A stretch of 58,249 bases of DNA, filler included, from Platydemus manokwari (taxonomy: Eukaryota), in NCBI GenBank assembly GCA_037951405.1. It is 5 parts of 5 records of this genome, joined end to end, with 100 filler letters (N's around TTAATTAATTAA, not from the genome) between each part and the next. Parts side by side here need not be neighbours in the genome. Positions count along the whole stretch, not along the records: positions 44,349 to 58,249 come from JBBMOY011582521.1; 4 more parts are not named here. One strand, 5' to 3'. Position numbers and translations under genes: made by a program. Positions 50,374 through 58,249 of this stretch are shown here, in pieces. Positions within the stretch are counted from its first letter, which is position 1. The number at the start of each line of letters is the position of its first letter. Below the pieces are notes generated by a model. That model made no database searches. It saw only the letters and a list, made by a program, of their open reading frames with translations, and was not told the origin of the DNA.

Positions 50374-52210
50374 AAAATGTCTCGAATGATTTAAACAAAA
50401 CTCAAAACATTTGAAACGAAATTTAAAATCCATACTGATAACAACATTTATTAAATAATATTTATTTTAAATACAGATTTAATAAAATTCTTTAATCTCA
50501 TATCATTGAACAACTAAAATGACAGGTCTTGAATTATTAAATAATTTTTTGTTATATTGGGTTAACTAAAAACTGATAGTTTAAATGTATGAATTGTCTG
50601 TTGTTCGTTAAAGGGAACAATTCTGCTATAACATGACACAAAAGGTGGGTAAAGCTGAGCTCTGTATTTTATGTTAATATGCGAATAAAAATAAACAATT
50701 CAATTAAATATAAACGATTTTAAAATACCACGCTCGGCTTAAAGTTCAAATTTACGCGTTACTTTGCAATAAGACGATATGTAAATTATAAAAATGCTGA
50801 CAATTAGATATAATTAGAGTTACTTATTAGGAAAATCAATTACAACCGGATATTTCATTCCTGTTTTTTTTTAACTTTTAGTATTAATTATTTTATTATT
50901 ATTATTTTATTCTTTTTTTATTACTTATTATTAAAGATTTGTTATTATTTTTATTTCCATAATTACTGTCCAATAACCATAATTATCGCCCAATTTATAT
51001 TTATTAAGTCAATAAATATATACATTTTTAATTCCATGGATAGATAATTCTTATGAAAGAAAATTATTTTATTAAAAATGTGTCACGATAATTAATAGAA
51101 AACCGCCATTTCGTAGAAAACAATCAAATAGATACAATAGCAGAACATATTTCACAAAATTAAATTTTTGATAAATAAATTTTCAATATATTTTTCTCAT
51201 AATTTCTGAAACTCTCAAGAAGTAACTAAATATATTCTCAATGAATTCCTCTAAGTTGATTGTCATGTCCATTTTAAATTCTGAATTCATTTATTTCAGA
51301 AATTTTAAAAAATATTTATTTTTATTGCCTCAAATCAAAACAAAAAGATTAAAACTCAACCGGCCAACATATTGAAATCGAGAGTTTAATATCATTCTCA
51401 TTAATTGAATTATTTAGAAGATTAATTTTATGAAACGTATTGTGGAACTCTTGACACCATATTGGCGAACAGATTTGGATTTATTCATTTCAAATCAGAG
51501 ATTAAGCTATTTCAATTTATTAGACAGAAATATTTGGTCTGGATTTTTTAATTTATATAAATATGGTTATCAAATTAAATCTTCAGTAGATGTGATTCTG
51601 AAACATTGATAAATCGAATTGAATTAATTTGTTCTGCAATATATTTAGTAAATCAATAACATGATGAAGTTTATTATCGATTATTAAGGGCAAATATCTG
51701 ATATATAAGTGTAATAATTTGTTTAATAATAAATAATGCTCACTTAAAGAAGTAAAAAAAGATGTATTTTTGTAAAATAAAGGTAATTTAAAAGAAATAA
51801 ATTAATATTTTCAAAACATTAAATTGCACATTGTCGATTATTCATTTTCGAATATATTTGCGACGCGTTATAACAACTGGGTGTTTACTTTGAAAATAAA
51901 GCCTACACCTTTACACAACTTCCCCTGTCGAAGCACGTGTTAAACAAATATCAAGTAAAAAATTGTCATGTCGAATATCAATTCCTGTTTCGATTACATA
52001 GTGTCGATGTGTTCAATAAATTGAAAATCTCTAAAAGCCATCGTTTACAACAGTTTCCATAACAACATCTGGTTAATATATTTCTGAAAATTTTATTTTA
52101 TAATTATTATATCATATCATGTTTCCTTTGAGGTTAATTAATAAAATAATAATAATTATTATTATTAATTAATTAATTAATTTAAACAAATTTTATTCTT
52201 GATCCATTCG

Positions 52211-52604
52211 TTAATGATATATTGTTGGAAAATAATAACAATGGCTTGGCGGATCCGATTCATTCGGTTGTTCTTGAACACATATTCCAGATTCAGGTAA
52301 GGCCAACCTAATATTGTTTTTATATCGACAACCCCAAGAAGTCTCACATCGAAGATTATTTGCACATCTGAACAAGAAAAGTCAAACGAAATTGATCCAA
52401 TAAATTTTACCGATATCTCGAATCACATTTTTGTCCCAATTGTTGACCACATAATTTACAACATCCACAACGGTCATATATAAGCGCAGAAATCGGACAT
52501 TTGTTATCGATCGGACTACATTTCCTGTGATTACAATAGGGACATGTAAATCCATCCGATAAATTCGTGTACAGCGAAAGTATTATCAAAACACCGACGA
52601 TCAT
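52211..52604 (-). CDS. Secreted single IGFBP-domain protein, paralog 1 (116 aa); exons 52604-52411 and 52367-52211
   Basis: Signal peptide; CxxC...CGCCKLC IB-domain motif. A 43-nt GT-AG phase-2 intron gives R|CANNLRC...GCRYK...GICV...HCYYFPTIYH*. Confidence 0.9.
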
Positions 52605-53123
52605 TCTCTCAAATGAATTTCAAAAAATAATAATTGATGTTTATATTTTTATGAATGATTTAAACAATTCCGTAATAAAATCGAATTCTTTAAACAATTC
52701 TAAGAAATTAGCATGACAAATGGTGATGAAATTGATTTTAACACTTCATCACTAAGACTCCTTGAGAATATTAATTTTCAAAATAAGATGTCAATGAAAA
52801 AATTATTTAAATTTCTACTTAATGATTTCTGATATTTTTCATTTTAATCAATTTTTCTGAAACTTCAATGCTCCTCTAAATAAGCAAATATCATTTTTAT
52901 TTTAAGTAAAATTTAAGTGATTTTTAAAATTAAAATTTTTTGGTTTAAAATATTTTAAATTTAACTGAATTGAAATGTCAAATGGCAATTAAAATTCTAC
53001 AGTATTTCTTTAAATACAAAATAATTACAAAAATTACAAAAAAATTATAATTAAAGTAGCAATGGCCCGTTAATTAAACATCAATATTATATTTATTATT
53101 TATTAATGCTTATTATTCTTATC

Positions 53124-53775
53124 CAGTGGTTTTCAACCAGTACATACCAGGGTTCCTGCAATTTTTAAATTTGTAAATTAGAATAACGAAAAAATAAGCA
53201 ACATGTTAAATTATTATTGTTATTATTTTATTATTATTGTTATTTTATTATTTATTGTTTAAATATAACATAATTAAACTCGCTACATTTGAAAGTTCAC
53301 TTTGTCCTTCGAGTATTAAGTTTGATTTTATATATTTTGATTGCTGGTGGAAAAATAACATCCTGCAATTGCCCAGAATGCGCTACGACTTCTTGAGCAA
53401 TTTTCAAACTCATATTTGTGTGAATTTGAATTTTTAGCTCTGAAAATCATCAAACGAGCACAGATACTGTCTGAGGAGGATGAATTTCATGCGTGTCTGT
53501 CCAAAAAACACGATCGAATCTTTAAAAGTGGTGCAGGTTCAAATTTCCCACTGAGTTTTTGTTAAGAATAAATTTAGTCTATTCAAGCATGTACAATTTT
53601 GTCTTCATTTCATCAACAAATATGTACAATACTCTGATTATAAATAATTTTATTTCATTTTAAAAAATAAATATTGTTTACTGCATAAAACAATTATATC
53701 ATTGGGCAGTGGTTCCCCGAGCTAAAAAAGTGCTTCCGTGGAGTTCCTGTCGAGCAAAAAGGTTGAAAACCACTA
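53124..53775 (+). mobile_element. Internally deleted Buster/Charlie hAT element retaining a decayed C-terminal dimerisation domain
   Basis: TIRs CAGTGGTTTTCAACC / GGTTGAAAACCACTA. Internal peptide HPAIAQNALRLLEQFSNSYLCEFEFLALKIIK...EDEFHACLSK...QISH*. No clear TSD. Confidence 0.85.
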
Positions 53776-55136
53776 ATCAGAACTAACACAAAATTTTAAA
53801 TTTTAAAACAATAGGTTTCATAAATTATTTCATAAATGAATTCTAAGCCATCATTCTGAAAAGGCGGTATATACATGAGAGGTTTCGTTGGTACATAAAA
53901 ACTAGCAATGCAGCAATAGCACAATCATTAATCAACATGCATAAAACAAAGATAATTGCATATTCGTTCCATAACAATTCATTTATCTAAATATGAGTTT
54001 CCTTTGTGAATATTATGATTATTATGTTTTGCAATTAACGATCTCAATAAAGTCTGAAATATTTATTTTAAATTTAACCTTCATCTAATTTCTATATAAC
54101 TTAAATATGTGTTCACAAGAATTGGGTATTTTTAATGCATTGAAGGTTCAATGTATGAATCTTTGGTGATACGAGAAAGTAGTCGACTAAAAACCGGTTT
54201 CCTATTTCATTTTAGTATCTCGAATCTAATAATAGATTGAAACCCATGTCATGACAGTATTATATTTCTCGTGCACATTATATGGGCCTAGCTTAAGATA
54301 GTACAACACCGTATGCTTACTTCCCAGGTAAATCAGACAAACTACACAAAAAAACAGCATTGTATGAAAAAGGAAAAATATCAGTGGTAAATCACATAGA
54401 ATATAAATTATCTATAAACAAAGCTTTCAAGTATTATAAAAGTTGTGTAAATATTTTTGTTAGCTTAATCTAATATTTATATTTGTTTTCTTAAAACCAA
54501 CAGGGTTCCGAGATTCAAGTGTTGTTTTGAGTGGAATTTAACAGGATTGTGATATGCTCTTTTAATTATTTTCTTGAAGTCAATTCGTAATCTCGTTCGA
54601 TTTAAATGTCATTGTCGGTATTACTTATCTCAATAACTCATTACAATCGGTTCTTGCACATATATCGATTAATAGCATTAAACTATTATCTGGAATAATC
54701 GGTAGACTTTGATAGATCAAGAAAAACTATTTTGATTTGAAACAAAACTTTTATCATAAATGAATGCTTATACCTTTCAATGAGCGGTTGAAGGTAATTT
54801 AGTGAACATACCAATAGAAGATTGTATATAAATATTCTCTTTTTTAGCTACCATATTGATAATTAGTTTATTATTGTTTTGGTTAATGAATTGGTCGATA
54901 TTCTCTAATCTCTTATCGATTGTTCTTCTAAAGTTATTGGAAAATTGTAAGGTGTTTTTAGTATCTCATGATGTGTTTAATGATTTATTGAATTACTTGA
55001 TCTTAATGGTAATATTGATGCCACATTCAATATAAATTATTAAAAAGGTTCACTAAAAGAACTTATGTAGAACTTATATAGAACTTATTTTAGAGATCAG
55101 AAATCAAAATTGAGAATAAAGATGCTTCGACTATAT

Positions 55137-55549
55137 TTATACTTTATTAAAAATAATTTCCAGTTTTGGCATAGTGTAGCACTCCTGTGGTGCGTCTTCT
55201 TCGCCTGGTCTTTCTTTCACACATTTCCCAGTAATATATCTATAATACGGAAGGTTACCTTTATATCGACATCCATTGAAAGCTTCGCATCGGAGACCAT
55301 CTAAACATCTTCATTATAAAGCCAATTTTAATGTAAATAATTTCTCAACAAAAATTACCGAACTTTATTTGAATAACAATCTTCCCCTTCTTGTAAACCA
55401 CAAAGTCTACAACATCCACAAATATCAATCACAGTTGATGAAGCAGGACATTCTACTGGTGGACATTTGACTCTTTTGCATGAACACAAAAGCCCATTAA
55501 GCGAATCTGTGTATAGAGATAGCAGCAAGAAAGCTAATATAGTGACCAT
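55137..55549 (-). CDS. Secreted single IGFBP-domain protein, paralog 2 (120 aa); exons 55549-55359 and 55308-55137
   Basis: Signal peptide; CGCCRLC motif. A 50-nt intron at the same position and phase as in paralog 1 gives R|CLDGLRC...GCRYK...GKCV...ECYTMPK...*. Confidence 0.9.
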
Positions 55550-57367
55550 TCGGAATTGATTTTTTATTGTGAAAACTTTATATTAATATATATTTTAGAT
55601 GATTTAAACAAACCGAAAAATTTTTCAAGCGTAATCAAAAGATGTATAATTTATTAAAATATTTTTTTTAATCTTAATAAAATATTTATTTCAATTTGAT
55701 AGATTTCAGGAATGAAAAGAGTTCATTAAAAAATTATCAAATTTGAGGTGGTGTTTAAACTAGAATATTCGAATTACAATAATAATTGGTACTGATTGTT
55801 GCAGTTGGGGATGAATTGTGATTATATATTATGAATTTCGTTTATAATTCTTTTATTAAATAATATTTTATTATTAAGAACAGCTTTGACAACTCTAAGA
55901 TGTTAAATTTTAGGTCATATCTCCATACATTATCGGGGACAAGAAATGAATTTTTAAAAGTTTTATCTTGTATCCTTTAGATACCTAAAGCCATCTCCAC
56001 ATCAATATATCCATACCTATTTATCTACATAAGGGTACTTGCTTGTGTGTGGAGAGTATGCCGTAGAACGATTGTCAAATGAGTAGTGTAACTCACTGAT
56101 ATGAGAGAAACACGTGCCAGTAGCCACTCACACGACTTTAAATTAGTAACTAATCATTTGATTTCAACTCTAATTGACTCATGATGATCAATTAGAATAT
56201 CTCGATCCAATTATGAGCACATAGTGATAACTCAATTCTTATTTAATTAAATAGTAGCAGATAACAGCAACATGAACAATATGTTATTGACAAAAGTCTT
56301 TTAAAGTGTTTGTAATAGGTCATCGTGAAACCTATGAAATGAAAATTATTAAATCATTTTGATTGGATTAGTTTAATCTTCAGTTAAGTTCTTAGAATGA
56401 TCGCATGAAATAATTTCTTAAATAAATAACGAAATGAGCCCATGAAATATTATCTTCAAACAATCTGGCCATGATGTCATATTTTTCTATCACTTCAATT
56501 TCCATTTAAAAGAAAAAATAATCTCTTAAAAATTTAAAATAGGTATTTTTTTAAAATCTCGCATACAGTCATACGTGCTCAGTAATAATAATTAAAATAA
56601 AAAAATTATATACATATAAATAAATAAATACATGTTCTTTGTATTGATTAAAATAAAGAAAATAAATAAAGAAGCAAAAATAAGAACAATAAATTTTTTG
56701 TCATAGATATCTTTGTTTAGATTAAACACACGGGTTTACTGACAAAGCCTGCAACAATGAAACAAAGTATCGTGGCTTAGATAACCAATTAAAAACTATT
56801 AAAATCAAAAATTCTCGACTTATCAAAGATCTAATACTAGCGAAATATATGGTGAGGCACGGATTAGTCAACTAGAATCAACTCAAGTTGTATAAAGTAT
56901 TTTAGAAATTCGACCTAGAATACGAAATGATAAAATTCCATGAATTGAAGATGACTAATTCAGTAGAAGAAATACAGCATGACTATTTTAAGATCGATAA
57001 GCAATGGAAAGATCAAGTCAGTCCACTACAGAATACTTATGAGGAAAGTGTAGAAAAACATGTATGCGACATAGACAAAAGGCTACGGAAATAGCTTTAG
57101 ACCAATAAACCAACAGTGATGAAATTACTGACATATCTGACAATAAATTAAGAAGCACGGTATTGATGAAGCCGAACTCAGACTTGAAGAAAACGAAATC
57201 TAAAGTATCAGAAAAAACGAAAAGCCAGAGAAAAGCTATCTCTTCCTAAGTACGCACACAAGTCCATAGCGTTTGAAAAGAGACCATGGTATATTATAAC
57301 CATCCAATTCACATGTGGTAATACTGGAGAAGTGATGAATTTGGAATTCAGAAATAAGGCTCTAGAG

Positions 57368-58249
57368 CAGTGGTCACGACCAAAATTATGGTTGTTGTAC
57401 AAACCATTACATGTGGAAATTGTGTTTTATGATGCTGTTAAAAAAATGGTTTGTGATGCCGTTTAAACTACTTCTGTTCACAATCACCTTCACTACTACA
57501 GTTAAGAAATTTATGGGTAATGTTATTATATGATAATCTTATTATTATAGGTAATTCATCACTTTCTGTAAATCAGTGAAATGTAAATCAAATGATAATT
57601 AAATATCATTTTATTCTATATAATATAAAATATATATCATTCCACTTATTACAAAATATCATTTCAAAAAACAGATAGAATAACTTCAGCGATCGGAAAG
57701 CGCCCATATGCAGATGAATTCATCAACTTTTGATTTACATACATTCTTTCGTCAGGCGTTCAAAAGCCTCAATGTGTCATTTGCTATAAAGTTTCATCTG
57801 CGGAATCTATGAAACACAACAAAATACGTTTACAGACTAAACATCAACAATATGTAAGTCAAGATCCGGACTTCTGTAGGCACAAGGCTGAAAAGTTAGA
57901 GATCTCGCTTGGACAGTGGTGGCGCGGTTTAACAACATAATGAAGCTCTCCTCAAAATTTCGTACGACGTTTCTTTAACTCTTGCAAAAGCTAAAAGCCG
58001 AAGAAGTTATCTTGCCATGTGCGAAAGACATTATTCATCATATATTTGGTGAAGATGTGATGAAATATTTATATCCAATATCACTTTCCAATGACACTGT
58101 CCATAATAGAATAATAGAGAATAATAGAAATGTCAGTTGACATTCTTTCTCAGGTTATCCATAAAATGAAAAATGTTCCATTTGGTTTGTTTGCAATACA
58201 TGCTGATGAAACAACAGATGTCGCTAACTGTGCACAATCGTTGGTTTAC
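57368..58249 (+). mobile_element. 5' part of a decayed Buster-type (ZBED5/8-like) hAT transposon, running off the window
   Basis: Starts CAGTGG after CTCTAGAG (nnnTAnnn target). Transposase remnants from ~57690: KRPYADEFINF*F...KPQCVICYK...ESMK (BED finger), LSNDTVHNRI, FAIHADETTDVANCAQ (first catalytic Asp). Stops and frameshifts present. Confidence 0.9.

Noticed and set aside
56760-57360. Coding-like plus-strand stretch before the hAT element (similar stretches at 33600-35300 and 54560-54980)
   Set aside because: Probably decayed TE ORFs, but no diagnostic motif was recognised.
1-58249. tRNA, rRNA, snRNA or spliced-leader genes
   Set aside because: None recognised by eye; the only tRNA-like match is the retroelement PBS.

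Overview
Very AT-rich, repeat-rich animal genomic DNA with short (~43-60 nt) GT-AG introns. The transposon mix suggests a planarian-like invertebrate, but that is inference. Four artificial 100-nt N44-TTAATTAATTAA-N44 linkers (9879, 21559, 31635, 44249) split the window into joined contigs, so adjacency across them is unreliable. Host genes: a secreted C-type lectin + PAN/apple protein, the 5' part of a His-rich reticulocalbin/calumenin gene, a complete 6-exon CHD1-type remodeller (minus strand), the 3' half of a PKD2/TRPP channel, an intronless TTC16-like TPR gene, and a tandem pair of secreted single-IGFBP-domain genes. Mobile DNA: a decayed Ty3/Gypsy element with ~90-bp LTRs and a tRNA-Ser-like PBS, plus a second family fragment; a decayed NeSL-type (Ulp1-RT-RLE) non-LTR element and two fragments; a Buster-type hAT transposase copy and three non-autonomous hAT elements. 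The most unusual signal is absent from the ORF track: a ~1.9-kb inverted-repeat structure (6714-8611) built from decayed Polinton/adintovirus-like capsid genes (double-jelly-roll major capsid plus two facing minor-capsid-like copies).
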